From: an uncultured Methanosarcinales archaeon
Lineage (GTDB): Archaea > Nanobdellota > Nanobdellia > Woesearchaeales > GW2011-AR9
Direction of reading: 5' to 3'
Assembly: GCA_964343575.1 (NCBI GenBank)
Contig: CAYFJV010000001.1
Coordinates: forward strand, 286,705 to 350,704
Length of the DNA: 64,000 nucleotides
How positions within the stretch are numbered: position 1 is the stretch's first letter; each line of letters begins with the position of its first letter. The notes under the pieces are model-generated. The model did no database searches. It worked only from the letters and a program-made list of their open reading frames with translations, and was not told the origin of the DNA. Below, one piece after another: positions 1 to 10,048 of this stretch. A program made the position numbers and the translations under genes.

Positions 1-648
1 CAGTGTTCTGTTTCTGATCTTGAAGAGTTTTATGGAAAAAAAATTATTCTCTCTGATCGAGCTATGAGTGAGCAAGGTGTTGGGAAGATCCTTGATGAAG
101 CGGTTTCTAGGAAAGTTGTGTTTTTAGTTATTGGGGATGGTATGAGTGCAACCACACATTCTGACATTTGGAAAGAGGCAGTTGAGAAGGAAGTTAGTGT
201 GGAGGTTGTTGGTAATGCGTCTGTTTTGACTGCAGTTGGCATTACTGGTCTGCAACTCTATAAGTTTGGGAAGACCACAAGCATTCCTTACTTGGATGAG
301 CATCCTGAGCTTGTTACTCCTTACATGGTGCTTGCTGAGAATTTGAAAATGGACTTGCATACTTTATGTTTGCTTGATATCAAGGCTGATGTTGGGCGCT
401 TTATGACCGTTGCTGAAGGAATTACTGTGCTTGAAGATATTGAGAAGCGTGAAGGTGGAGGAATTGTTTCTGATGATTTGTTTGTAGTTGCTTGTGCTCG
501 ATTAGGTTGCTCTGATTTTGTTGTAAGGAGTGGTCGCTTGGCTGATGTCAAGAAGATTGATTTTGGTAAACAACCGCATTGTTTGATTATCCCTGGAAAG
601 ATGCATTTCTTAGAAGAAGAAATTTTAGAAGTGCATAATAAGAGATAA
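1..648 (+). CDS. dph5: Diphthine synthase (5' truncated by window edge)
   Basis: Frame open from base 1; GD.x[15 protein letters not shown] and HTLCLLDI motifs. Confidence 0.95.
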   Translation, partial: QCSVSDLEEFYGKKIILSDRAMSEQGVGKILDEAVSRKVVFLVIGDGMSATTHSDIWKEAVEKEVSVEVVGNASVLTAVGITGLQLYKFGKTTSIPYLDEHPELVTPYMVLAENLKMDLHTLCLLDIKADVGRFMTVAEGITVLEDIEKREGGGIVSDDLFVVACARLGCSDFVVRSGRLADVKKIDFGKQPHCLIIPGKMHFLEEEILEVHNKR

Positions 649-680
649 GTTTAAATTCTCTGTTTGTTCTTGGTTTTTTG

Positions 681-1016
681 ATGACAGAACAAATTAGTTA
701 TGATGATTTTAGAAAGGTCGATCTTAGAATTGGCAGCATTGTTAAAGTAGAAGATTTTCCCGAAGCTCGTAAGCCAGCGTATAAACTGGAGATTGACCTT
801 GGTGAATTAGGAGTTAAGAAATCAAGTGCGCAGATTACTGCAGAGTATAACAAAGAAGAACTGCTTGGCAAGCAAGTTATTTGTGTAGTAAATTTTCCTA
901 AAAAACAAATTGGTCCTTTAATGTCCGAGGTCCTGACTACTGGCTTTGATGGTGAGCAAGGGGTTGTGATCGCTACCGTTGATAAGAAAGTTGAGAATGG
1001 GAAAAGGTTGTATTGA
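681..1016 (+). CDS. csaA: tRNA-binding protein / chaperone CsaA
   Basis: [36 protein letters not shown] motifs. Confidence 0.92.
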   Translation: MTEQISYDDFRKVDLRIGSIVKVEDFPEARKPAYKLEIDLGELGVKKSSAQITAEYNKEELLGKQVICVVNFPKKQIGPLMSEVLTTGFDGEQGVVIATVDKKVENGKRLY

Positions 1017-1072
1017 GCTTAGCCTTAAGATGGGGGGTAAGATTTAAATAAACTGGTATCTTTTGGTATCTT

Positions 1073-1318
1073 ATGAACACACAAGTTAATGTAAGGTTAC
1101 CAGAAGAATTTCTTTCTAAAGCAGAGAAATACGCTTCTAAAAATGGTTTTGGAAATGTCCAAGAATTGATCAAAGAAGCACTTCGCGAAAAGATTTTCAG
1201 TGAAGTTTCTTTACCTAAGGAAGAGATTATGCTTGTTAAAAAGCTGCTTAAGGTAAGTAGGGAACGAAATCTTTTCGGAACTGAAGAAGAACTTTTTAAG
1301 AAACTTAAGAAAAAATAG
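1073..1318 (+). CDS. Ribbon-helix-helix antitoxin
   Basis: N-terminal QVNVRLP...ELIKEALREK RHH pattern; directly upstream of a RelE-like gene. Confidence 0.75.
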   Translation: MNTQVNVRLPEEFLSKAEKYASKNGFGNVQELIKEALREKIFSEVSLPKEEIMLVKKLLKVSRERNLFGTEEELFKKLKKK

Positions 1319-1323
1319 TTCTT

Positions 1324-1626
1324 ATGAATTATTTTCTTAAGCCAACTCATTTCTTTCTTGAGCAACTGGAAGCTTTGGATAATAAAACAATAAGAATTCT
1401 TGAGAGAAAGTTTATACTTCTAAAAGAGAATCCCTTCCGGTTTAAGAGGATTAAAGGATTTGATCTCCTACTCTTTAGAGTTCGTTTCGAGGATAAGCGT
1501 AAGGAAAAAAGAGTAATTTATTTAGTTAATGGAAGAGAAGTAGAACTCTTGTGTATTCTTGACAGAGACAAAGAGTATAAAGATCTCAGAAGATATTTGA
1601 GAAATCTAAAGAATTACAAAACTTGA
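1324..1626 (+). CDS. RelE/ParE-like toxin
   Basis: 100 aa, basic; LKENPFR, LFRVR, RVIY, LLCILDR pattern. Confidence 0.72.
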   Translation: MNYFLKPTHFFLEQLEALDNKTIRILERKFILLKENPFRFKRIKGFDLLLFRVRFEDKRKEKRVIYLVNGREVELLCILDRDKEYKDLRRYLRNLKNYKT

Positions 1627-2378
1627 TTATAGTCCATCACAAAGGCAGCTTGGATCGGGGCAGTTTTTTCATAGAGATATACGAGAGTTCTTTTCTGTGG
1701 ATCAAGCATCATATTCTTGAACTGTTCTCTTTTTTGCATACTCATTTTGTTTAAGTCTCTGCTGCCACCTGCCGCGGATTCGTAAACCATTTGCTGTACT
1801 GATTCTCTGGCTTCTGCATTGGACATTAATCCTTTATCACTTCTTTCTTGTGTTTGTTGCTTGTTTGACTGGTAAGCTTCGATTGCCTCGGGCGAGTTTG
1901 AATTTCTTGCAAAACTGTATTGTCCCGTTCCTTGTTGAAAAGGGTCTGCAAGTGAAGGGTTGAAGTAAGCAAGAGAGTTCTCATTGTAATCTGTGTGCGT
2001 GAAAAAGTCAGCATTGGTAAAACCATAAGAGATGTTAATAACTTCTTCATCTTCTCCATTTTCTCTTTCTTGATTCTCTTCGTCACTTGCTTCTACTTGC
2101 TTCTCAAGAGAATCTGTCTTTGCTTCTTTTCTCTTCTCGCTTCTTTTTGTTTGCTCATGAAGTGTTGCTAAAAGAATTTCTTTTTCTAGTGTACTGAGAT
2201 GAGGAATATCTTTTGGAAGAATTGTTGTTTCTCTCTTTTCAGTGAGCTTTTTTTGTAGTTCTTTTACTTTAGGAAGAGTAATGGGTCCACAGATACCAAT
2301 GGTAGCTTCTTTGCCAGCACTTTCTTGCTTTGTATCTTGTTCTAGTTGTTGCTCATGTTGCAAAGTCTCCACCCCCAT
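1614..2378 (-). CDS. Hypothetical protein
   Basis: 254-aa ORF, charged, no recognised motif. Confidence 0.7.
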   Translation of the reverse strand: MGVETLQHEQQLEQDTKQESAGKEATIGICGPITLPKVKELQKKLTEKRETTILPKDIPHLSTLEKEILLATLHEQTKRSEKRKEAKTDSLEKQVEASDEENQERENGEDEEVINISYGFTNADFFTHTDYNENSLAYFNPSLADPFQQGTGQYSFARNSNSPEAIEAYQSNKQQTQERSDKGLMSNAEARESVQQMVYESAAGGSRDLNKMSMQKREQFKNMMLDPQKRTLVYLYEKTAPIQAAFVMDYNQVL

Positions 2379-2453
2379 GGACTTTTGTTAACTCTGTCAA
2401 TTATGTTAATTGTGTTTTTGTTTGAAAAATGAAAATAAAAAGATTTGTTAGTT

Positions 2454-3938
2454 TTAGTAACTCTTAGCAAGGTAAACTATGTGCTTTGCTTCTTTCTCAC
2501 AAACAATACACTTTTGTCCTGCTTTTACTTTCTCTTCTTTAGGATAAAAAGTTCCGCAGACTCTTGCCCCGTTAGTTTTGTCTTTGAGCTGCTCTTCACA
2601 CTTCTCTCCTTCCCAATCAACACTACACCATGGTACACGGATAAATCCTCGATGTTTTTCCATGGTCTTGATCGCATCTTTAAGAGAATCTGCATCTCGC
2701 ACCCTATCATTAAAGTATTCTTCTGATTTTTTGGCAATAGTTGCATCTAATTTCTCTGCCAAGCAAGGGATGTCCTTGACAACATCACTAAGAGGAACCG
2801 CTTTTTTCTCTTCAGCATTTCTTAAGACAATTGTTGCCTGCTCTTGCTCAAGATCTCTTGGACCAACTTCGATTCTCACTGGAACTCCTTTAAGCTCCCA
2901 CTCGCTATACCTTGCTCCAGGACTCATATCTCTAGTATCAAAGCATACCCGATAGCCAGCAGTTCGTAAATCCTGTTCTAACTTTTCACAAGCTTGCATT
3001 ACCTTCTTAGAAAGTTCTGGTTTTTTTGCTAAAGTAATGGGAACGATAACTACTTGGGTTGGCGCCATATCAAAAGGTAAGACTAATCCTTTATCGTCAC
3101 CGTGAATTCCGATCAGTGCTGCCATAATTCGCCACACGCCTGGACCAAAACAAGTTTGCCAAGCAAAGTGTTGCTCACCATCTTTTCCCCTTACTTTAAT
3201 GTCGAAAGCTTTAGAAAAATTGTGGCCCAAGTCATGCGTTGAAGCTAACTGATTTCTTTTCCCATCTGGCATGAGAGTATCTGGAGTAAAAGTTGCGTCT
3301 GCCCCCATAAACTTATCCCAAGCAGGACGTTTGAAATAGAAAAAAGGAATCTTAATTTGTTTTCGAATAACGTCCTCACAAGTTTTGAGATCCAATTGAA
3401 TTTGATCAAGCGCTTCTTGATGCGTATTAAAAACATCGTGCGTTTCAAAAAACATGAACTCTCTTCCTCTTAAGAAAGGCCTTGTGGTTTTTTCGCTTCG
3501 AAAGGCAGAGATTCTACTTTGATAGCCTTTGAAAGGAAGATCTTTGTGACTTCTAAACCATAAAGAATACACGGGATAAATCTGAGCCTCACCAGTTGGT
3601 TTAAGCGCGAAACGCTCCTCAATCTTCTTGTCCCCTGCTTCGCTCACCCAAAACACTTCAGGAGTAAAGTTTGCATGCTCTTCTTCTTTCATGAGGTTTT
3701 CTTCTTTAACCACACTTGGAAAGAGAAAAGGCAAATGACCTTGCGCTTCAACTTCTTTTTCTAAATATTCATAGATTTTTCTGGTAATAAAAAAGCCCCA
3801 GGGCCGGTGGACGATAAAGCCTTGCACTCCAAAACGGATATCGGCAAGTTCTGCTTTTTGTACAACTTGGCTGTACCATTCGCTGAAATCTTCGTCCTTT
3901 TTTACAGTAATTCCCTGCATATTTTGCTTCTTTGACAT
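2454..3938 (-). CDS. proS: Prolyl-tRNA synthetase (archaeal/eukaryal type)
   Basis: DFSEWY, LKPTGE, RPFLRGREF motif 2, C-terminal CIVC...LAKSY; start set at MSKKQ. Confidence 0.97.
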   Translation of the reverse strand: MSKKQNMQGITVKKDEDFSEWYSQVVQKAELADIRFGVQGFIVHRPWGFFITRKIYEYLEKEVEAQGHLPFLFPSVVKEENLMKEEEHANFTPEVFWVSEAGDKKIEERFALKPTGEAQIYPVYSLWFRSHKDLPFKGYQSRISAFRSEKTTRPFLRGREFMFFETHDVFNTHQEALDQIQLDLKTCEDVIRKQIKIPFFYFKRPAWDKFMGADATFTPDTLMPDGKRNQLASTHDLGHNFSKAFDIKVRGKDGEQHFAWQTCFGPGVWRIMAALIGIHGDDKGLVLPFDMAPTQVVIVPITLAKKPELSKKVMQACEKLEQDLRTAGYRVCFDTRDMSPGARYSEWELKGVPVRIEVGPRDLEQEQATIVLRNAEEKKAVPLSDVVKDIPCLAEKLDATIAKKSEEYFNDRVRDADSLKDAIKTMEKHRGFIRVPWCSVDWEGEKCEEQLKDKTNGARVCGTFYPKEEKVKAGQKCIVCEKEAKHIVYLAKSY

Positions 3939-4037
3939 GGGCTTTCGGAGGGGAGGGATTTTTATAAAGCTTTGCGTGAGCAAAAAAGAGCAAAAAACAA
4001 ACAAAATAATTAAAAAACGTCACTTTTTAGTGAAAAC

Positions 4038-4742
4038 ATGGCAACAATTCTTCTTATAGGTACTGTCCACGGTGACTTAAATGGAGCCAGAAGACTAGAA
4101 AGAGCACTTCATGTTGAAAGACCAGATGTTTTAACTTTAGAAGCTAATCAAAAAGTAGCTGAATATCTTGAGAAAAATTCTGCAGAAGATAGAGAAATGA
4201 TCTTAAGTATAATTAAAGGGAGGGGAGTTAAACCGGAAACACTCACTTTTTTTGGAGAGATTCTACCAACAAGGGCCTATGAGCTTGATGTGTGTAGGGC
4301 TTATGCCGCCAAAACCGGTGTTCCCTTGCACCTTATCGATGATCCAAGTATAATTGACTCAATGAGGGAAGAGATATTATCACAATTTCGAACTTTCTTC
4401 GGGACTATTGATCCAAAGATTTTGGATGAAGTAACAAGAGAATCAGTAACAAGTGGGCATGATTCAACATACCAGTACATACAAAGCTTGTGTGATGGAA
4501 AAATCCCTGCGTCTTTTGGGGAACAAAAAATGATTAATCCTAACAGAGGGCGAGTTATAGGAAGAAGAGATGAAACGGAGGCAGGTGAATTAACGCAACT
4601 TGCCGGGCTACACCCTGGCGCTAAGATTGTTCATGTAGGAGGTTGTATACATAACTTAGATGATTCAAGAGGAGAAACACTTTACTCAAGACTAGTTGGA
4701 CTTAAGCCATTAAGAAGAACTTTGTTGGCTTATGAATTCTAA
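4038..4742 (+). CDS. Hypothetical protein, possible TraB/GumN-like fold
   Basis: LIGTVH, PDVLTLE, RD and VHVGGCIH motifs. Confidence 0.55.
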   Translation: MATILLIGTVHGDLNGARRLERALHVERPDVLTLEANQKVAEYLEKNSAEDREMILSIIKGRGVKPETLTFFGEILPTRAYELDVCRAYAAKTGVPLHLIDDPSIIDSMREEILSQFRTFFGTIDPKILDEVTRESVTSGHDSTYQYIQSLCDGKIPASFGEQKMINPNRGRVIGRRDETEAGELTQLAGLHPGAKIVHVGGCIHNLDDSRGETLYSRLVGLKPLRRTLLAYEF

Positions 4743-4778
4743 GAAAACTTTAAAATAACGCTTCTTTGTGGGATTTCT

Positions 4779-5639
4779 ATGGGAAAAGAAGCTCAAAAAT
4801 TACTTGGCACCGATATTGGTGGAAAAACAGCATTAATTCTTGCAGGAAGCGAATCTGCAGACTTTACTGACCAAGTCTTAGGACGCTTTGATAGAGTTGT
4901 TTCAAGAGGAGATCGGCTTCCCTTGCATGGCTATGTTGTTGAGGGTGCTGGTGAGCAGTATTCTTTAGTGGTTGGAGCGTATGGTGGGCCCCATATGCAT
5001 TCAGTAATTACTTCTTTACAAGACGGAGGAGCAGAGCGAGTCGTTGTAGTTGGCTATACTTACGCTGGTTTCTCTGGAGAAGAAGCAAACCCAGGAAGAG
5101 TAATTATCCCTGAAGAAGTTTACGATTTTACTGGAGATAGGTTTGGCAGAATTCTTCCACTCTCTTTAGATCAGCGAGTCAGAAGACCAGATCTTGAATT
5201 AAGTGGCTGGCTTGCAAAAGCACTTTCTTCTTCTAGTCCTTTGCAAGGGAGCACCATCTCAGTTTATGCTGTGAGTGAACAGCCAAGACATCATAATGAG
5301 TTGTATGATGAAATCGGAAGAAAAGCAAGAGAGGCGGGAAGGATAAGAACAGTTGAGATGGAACTTGCTGCAGCAGCGCATGCAGCAGAAACATACGGGC
5401 TTCGTTTCGCAGCAGCACTGATTGTAAGCGATAATCGAGAGAGAGGCATTGATGATAAGGGAAAACGGGAAAGGGATAAATTGCCAGTAATTGATGCCAT
5501 AGTTGATGCTCTTGGAAGAGTAGACTTTCCTGCTTTAGAAAGTCATGGAAGTTTTTCTATAAGAGAGCGTTTGGGAACAATAATTCATGATCCAGCTAAT
5601 GGAATGAATGTTTATAGCCTATTTGGGCCTAAATTCTAA
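4779..5639 (+). CDS. Nucleoside phosphorylase family protein (PNP_UDP_1)
   Basis: GAYGGP, TVEMELAA, ALIVSDN motifs. Confidence 0.75.
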   Translation: MGKEAQKLLGTDIGGKTALILAGSESADFTDQVLGRFDRVVSRGDRLPLHGYVVEGAGEQYSLVVGAYGGPHMHSVITSLQDGGAERVVVVGYTYAGFSGEEANPGRVIIPEEVYDFTGDRFGRILPLSLDQRVRRPDLELSGWLAKALSSSSPLQGSTISVYAVSEQPRHHNELYDEIGRKAREAGRIRTVEMELAAAAHAAETYGLRFAAALIVSDNRERGIDDKGKRERDKLPVIDAIVDALGRVDFPALESHGSFSIRERLGTIIHDPANGMNVYSLFGPKF

Positions 5640-6142
5640 AGCAATCTTCCAACAATCACGGTATCACAATATCTTCCATTATCAAGAACTAAGCCTCTTT
5701 TCTTTCTACCTTCAATTTTAAAGCCGTTCTTTTCTGCAATTTTTAGAGAGCCAATATTTTTTACAGCAATTTCTGCTTCTAAACGTTTGAGTCCTTTCTT
5801 CTTAGCAGCTTTAACCAGTTCTTTGAGAAGCGCAGTGCCAATCCCTTGTTTGTGGTAGTTGGGGTGCACAGACCAACCCATATCAGCACGATGTTTTAGC
5901 CTTCCTTTTGTAGAATGTTTGAAATCAGCCATGCCCACTACTCTTTGCTCTGCCTTATCATAGGCTACAATCATAACATGGTTGGGAGGAGGATTTTTTA
6001 GAGTTTTTTTGAGTTTCAAATATTTCTCTTTTGTGTATTTACTTGTACCAGTATATTTGAAAAGACCTCTCTTTAAACCAAGTTTAAACATCTTAGCAAC
6101 ATCATCTTCATCACCTGCTTTTGCTTTTCTAAAGATTATCAT
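5636..6142 (-). CDS. GNAT acetyltransferase
   Basis: VHPNYHKQGIGTAL acetyl-CoA motif; N..S..IAEKNGF. Confidence 0.9.
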   Translation of the reverse strand: MIIFRKAKAGDEDDVAKMFKLGLKRGLFKYTGTSKYTKEKYLKLKKTLKNPPPNHVMIVAYDKAEQRVVGMADFKHSTKGRLKHRADMGWSVHPNYHKQGIGTALLKELVKAAKKKGLKRLEAEIAVKNIGSLKIAEKNGFKIEGRKKRGLVLDNGRYCDTVIVGRLL

Positions 6143-6192
6143 AAGTGAGAAGTAAGCAATTTATGTTTTTAATTCTAACGAAAAGAACATGT

Positions 6193-6522
6193 TTAGGTCT
6201 TCAGGCCACTCAGCTTCCCAACCAAAGCATCAAAAACCCTCGTTTTTTTAGCTGAGGATAATGAAAAAAGGAACTTTTCAACCATGGAAGTTGAGATTGT
6301 AAACACATAATTCAACTTGATTATGCTCTCTTTAACAGCACCATCTTTTTTTGTTAATGGTACCCCCCTCATGTTTGTGTTGCTAGTAATCCCAGTAACA
6401 ACTATATTGCCAAACTCCTCGAATAGAATCAGAGCTGGCCTTCTTTTTATCTCAAAATCGTCCACGAAGGGAACTTTAACTAAAACGACATCACCAGAAC
6501 TATGCTTGTTCCCAAATCTCAT
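6193..6522 (-). CDS. PemK/MazF toxin
   Basis: GDVVLVKVPF, KRRPALI, ITSN motifs. Confidence 0.88.
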   Translation of the reverse strand: MRFGNKHSSGDVVLVKVPFVDDFEIKRRPALILFEEFGNIVVTGITSNTNMRGVPLTKKDGAVKESIIKLNYVFTISTSMVEKFLFSLSSAKKTRVFDALVGKLSGLKT

Positions 6523-6658
6523 CTTCCTTATTATCCCAAAGTTCTTTCATTTTCTTTCTTTGAGCTTCAAACAGAAATTTATTTTTATGCTCTCTTTTTG
6601 CTAAGTTAGCAAAAGAATTTACTATTGCTTGAGTAACCTTTCTTACTGACATAACCAT
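6500..6658 (-). CDS. Putative antitoxin, 52 aa (not in ORF track)
   Basis: Manual translation MVMSVRK...KELWDNKEDEIWEQA; acidic WDN.ED..W tail; overlaps the toxin start. Confidence 0.75.
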   Translation of the reverse strand: MVMSVRKVTQAIVNSFANLAKREHKNKFLFEAQRKKMKELWDNKEDEIWEQA

Positions 6659-6765
6659 AAGTGCTTGAGAGCAAAGAGAATATATAAGATTTTTGTGGAG
6701 GTTGCCGGAAAGCTTACGATAAAGGGAATACCTTTCTTACAAAGGAGGTTTCAATGGTCTAACTA

Positions 6766-8262
6766 TTAAGAAGCGTAGTTCTCTGCTCGTGAAACGCCAC
6801 TACCAAAGTTTAGCCCTTCTTTACCAGCAGCTTCTCTTATTTCGTTCGCTGCTCCAATCACATCCGCATAAGAAACTCCTGAAAAATTATCTACATAGAC
6901 TCTTGAAACTGCATCGATGTTTTGTGGCCAATCTCCATTTGGATCCAACATTCCTTCTCGCATTAAAACACTGCCATAATAATTGTGTGGCAAGGGCAAG
7001 ATTGGCTGCGCCTCTACATCACCGATAAGACCTTCTGAAATAATTCTTTTTACCCACCTTACTGTTTCATCCAAAGTTTCTGGAGTTTCTGCTTCAGTCC
7101 CTAACACAAAAGAGCCGTAGACAGAAATTCCTGCATCTTTTAACATCCTTAAAGCAGCATAATTGTTAGCAACACTATCAAATCTTCCCTTCATATGTTT
7201 CAAGGTAGCATCAGAGCCAGATTCCAAACCAAGGTTCACTCTAAAGACACCAATTCTTCTGAAATAGTCAATCATTTGTGGCCTTCTTACCAGATCAAGT
7301 GCTTGCGCATAGACAAAGAAGTGGGGGTTGAATCCTAAATCACCTGGTTTTGCTTCTGCAACCCCTCTCACAAAAGATCCAAAGCTTGAAAAGCTATCAC
7401 AAACCTCATAGAAGACATTTGCTCTTACCTGCTTATGGGCTGCACGAACTTCATCCCAAAATCTTTGAGGAGATGAAAAAGCAATATCTAAACCCATATC
7501 ACAATGCTTGCAGACTAAACTTCCTTGTCTACTACAACCCCTAGCTCGGTTCATGGTGGTAACCCCAGTTATTTCTTCGTCGTGAAGATGGCCAAATTTT
7601 GCTTTATAGTTTCTTAAGTAGGTTTCCCAATGATCTTCAGGGTACAAAGTCCTATCAACTATAGGGAATACATCAAGCGCAGTTCTCCTTTTTCCTGAAG
7701 GGTTTAGTCTTGATCTTGTAATGGAGATGTCTTGTAGTCTTTCATCATAAACAAAAGGAGTTTCTCCCTTATATCCTAACCAACCATGGAAGAGACTCAA
7801 ATGAGGGATATCATAAGGATCAATGGCTTCCCCAAGCTCTTTACGTACGAGCATCTCTAAAGCCTCTTCACCGTATTCACTTCCAACTACGGTGTGGATG
7901 TATGGGTGCTCTCTCATGATAGTTGGAGCCATTTGAGCGGCATGATCATTGCCAAAAACAACAGGAGAACAAGCAGTAGCAGCAGTATAAGCTAACTCTA
8001 ATGCATTCTGATAAGAGGTGCTTAAGACACTAACACCAGTGAGTAATGGTGCCTCTCCTAAACCAAAATAAATCTCATTAATTAATCTCTCTTGAGAGGC
8101 AACTTGACCATCCCTACAGACAACATTTATTTCAGGAATTCTTTGTTTAAGCCAGGTCCCAAGAGCTAAGACTCCTAAAGCAGGAAAGCAGCTATCGTTA
8201 GCAATACCAGACATCCCAGCATCATTTCCTGCATTTACAAGGTACACAAAAGGCTTTGCCAT
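6766..8262 (-). CDS. B12-binding-domain radical SAM protein
   Basis: PALGVLALGT N-terminal cobalamin-binding domain, CX7CX2C, GLESG, SFVLG. Confidence 0.85.
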   Translation of the reverse strand: MAKPFVYLVNAGNDAGMSGIANDSCFPALGVLALGTWLKQRIPEINVVCRDGQVASQERLINEIYFGLGEAPLLTGVSVLSTSYQNALELAYTAATACSPVVFGNDHAAQMAPTIMREHPYIHTVVGSEYGEEALEMLVRKELGEAIDPYDIPHLSLFHGWLGYKGETPFVYDERLQDISITRSRLNPSGKRRTALDVFPIVDRTLYPEDHWETYLRNYKAKFGHLHDEEITGVTTMNRARGCSRQGSLVCKHCDMGLDIAFSSPQRFWDEVRAAHKQVRANVFYEVCDSFSSFGSFVRGVAEAKPGDLGFNPHFFVYAQALDLVRRPQMIDYFRRIGVFRVNLGLESGSDATLKHMKGRFDSVANNYAALRMLKDAGISVYGSFVLGTEAETPETLDETVRWVKRIISEGLIGDVEAQPILPLPHNYYGSVLMREGMLDPNGDWPQNIDAVSRVYVDNFSGVSYADVIGAANEIREAAGKEGLNFGSGVSRAENYAS

Positions 8263-8329
8263 GAAAGGTTTATTGGGGGAGATATTTAAAAGAATTCAGG
8301 TCAAGAATAGAGAAGTTAAGAAAAAAGTA

Positions 8330-8400
8330 AAATAAAGAAAAAACCCTGCTGAGGGCAGGCTAAAAGGGGTGGTTTTAGAAACAATGACCCCAGCAAGGCT
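8330..8400 (-). terminator. Hairpin plus T-run downstream of ftsZ
   Basis: Minus strand AGCCTTGCTGGGG pairs with CCTCAGCAGGGTT, followed by TTTTC. Confidence 0.55.
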
Positions 8401-8543
8401 CTACTTAGGTACGCTGTACTCTAGGTTTTGTAAAGTGCCAAAACAGAAGAGAAAACAAAGCCCCCCACTAGAGGCAAGGTGCTCTGTTTAAGGGGTGTCT
8501 TCTGCTCTGGACAAAAGGCTTTACTGTAATTACCGTTGTCAGC

Positions 8544-9617
8544 CTACACTAACTCAATGCCGAGTTCTCGTGACATCAAGTTGTGTGCTTGCTTTTGCTT
8601 TCTTGCGTGATCAACTTTGCCTAAGATCCAAGGAGAGTTTACTCCAGTAATGATAGTCATCACAGTTACTTTTCCTTTCATCTCTTCGTCAACTCTTGCT
8701 CCCCAAATCACATTTGCATCTTCATCAAGACTCTCGGTTACTAATTCACCAATAGTTGAGATCTCTTGCAAAGTTAAGTCTGGTCCACCTGTTACATGGA
8801 TAAGTGCTCCAGTTGCTCCTTGATAGTCGATGTCAAGAAGAGGGTTGCTGAGTGCTCCTCGCACAGCTTCTTCAACTCTGTTGTTAGTATCAGAAGCTCC
8901 AACACCAATTGCTGCTACACCACCGTTGGTCATAATCGCACGTACATCAGCATAGTCTAGGTTTACTAAGCTTGGTACTGCAATGGTTTCTACAATCCCT
9001 TTGATCATGGTAGCTACTAACTCATTAGCAACTGCAAATGCTTGCTGAATTGGCAGGTTTCCTGCAATCTGTACAAGTCTGTTGTTATCGATTACAATTA
9101 CAGTGTCAGACACTTGTCTTAGCTGCTGTAGACCAAACTCTGCTTTATCACACCGAGCTTTTTCGATGTTAAAAGGCATAGTCACAGTTCCAATAACAAT
9201 TGCGCCAGTATCTTTTGCTACTTGAGCTACAACAGGTGCGGCGCCAGTTCCAGTTCCCCCACCCATTCCTGCACAAACGAAAACCATATCAGAAGTTTTC
9301 ATAGCATCTTTGATTCTCATTAAACTCTCTTGAGCTGCTTCTGCCCCCTTACTAGGATATCCGCCAGCTCCAAGTCCTCGAGTACAATCTTTACCAATCA
9401 AGAACTTTTGATCAGCACCAGTGATTGTTAAGTGCTGGTGATCAGTGTTACAAGCAATGATTTCTGCTCCCTTGATCCCTTTCTTGTATAACCATCCAAC
9501 CATGTTGTTACCAGCACCACCTACGCCAATAACCTTAATGTTTGCTTGGTTCATATTTTCGAAGTTATCTTCTGGTGCTCCACCACCTTGTAAAGCCTTT
9601 TCTACAATAAATTCCAT
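8544..9617 (-). CDS. ftsZ: Cell division protein FtsZ (FtsZ2-like)
   Basis: [34 protein letters not shown]-terminus resembles archaeal FtsZ2. Confidence 0.97.
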   Translation of the reverse strand: MEFIVEKALQGGGAPEDNFENMNQANIKVIGVGGAGNNMVGWLYKKGIKGAEIIACNTDHQHLTITGADQKFLIGKDCTRGLGAGGYPSKGAEAAQESLMRIKDAMKTSDMVFVCAGMGGGTGTGAAPVVAQVAKDTGAIVIGTVTMPFNIEKARCDKAEFGLQQLRQVSDTVIVIDNNRLVQIAGNLPIQQAFAVANELVATMIKGIVETIAVPSLVNLDYADVRAIMTNGGVAAIGVGASDTNNRVEEAVRGALSNPLLDIDYQGATGALIHVTGGPDLTLQEISTIGELVTESLDEDANVIWGARVDEEMKGKVTVMTIITGVNSPWILGKVDHARKQKQAHNLMSRELGIELV

Positions 9618-10048
9618 TTTTTACTTACCACCTCTAGTTTTTTGCTGGCACCCCTCCTTCCAGTTGCTGCCTAAAAAGGCAACTTTGCAAAACATAGTTT
9701 GTAAAAACTATATTTTACACTAACTAAAAAGTTATATACCAGTGTAACATTACTTTCTCTATCACGTTAAACACGTAAACCTAGACACTACCGACTAAGC
9801 TAAGGGGAAAAGAACTCTAGCGAACTAACACTACAAACGAACCGAAACTACCGAACTACTACCTTGTGAATATCACAAACACACAATTTTCTACATTTTT
9901 CTTCGAACAGAGTTCGAAAAGATAAACCGAATGAGAGAAGTGATAGCTATTTTCTATTTAAACTTTCTTGACACTTAAAGAGTAGTGAAAACTCTTGAGA
10001 TAACCCATCTTGAATGGCTAACAAGGCCCTAAAAAAAACAGAAATTAA

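Noticed and set aside
9620..10048. cdrS-like small ORF or replication origin upstream of ftsZ
   Set aside because: The minus strand is rich in stops with no RHH-like ORF; no adjacent orc1/cdc6 gene or recognisable ORB repeats
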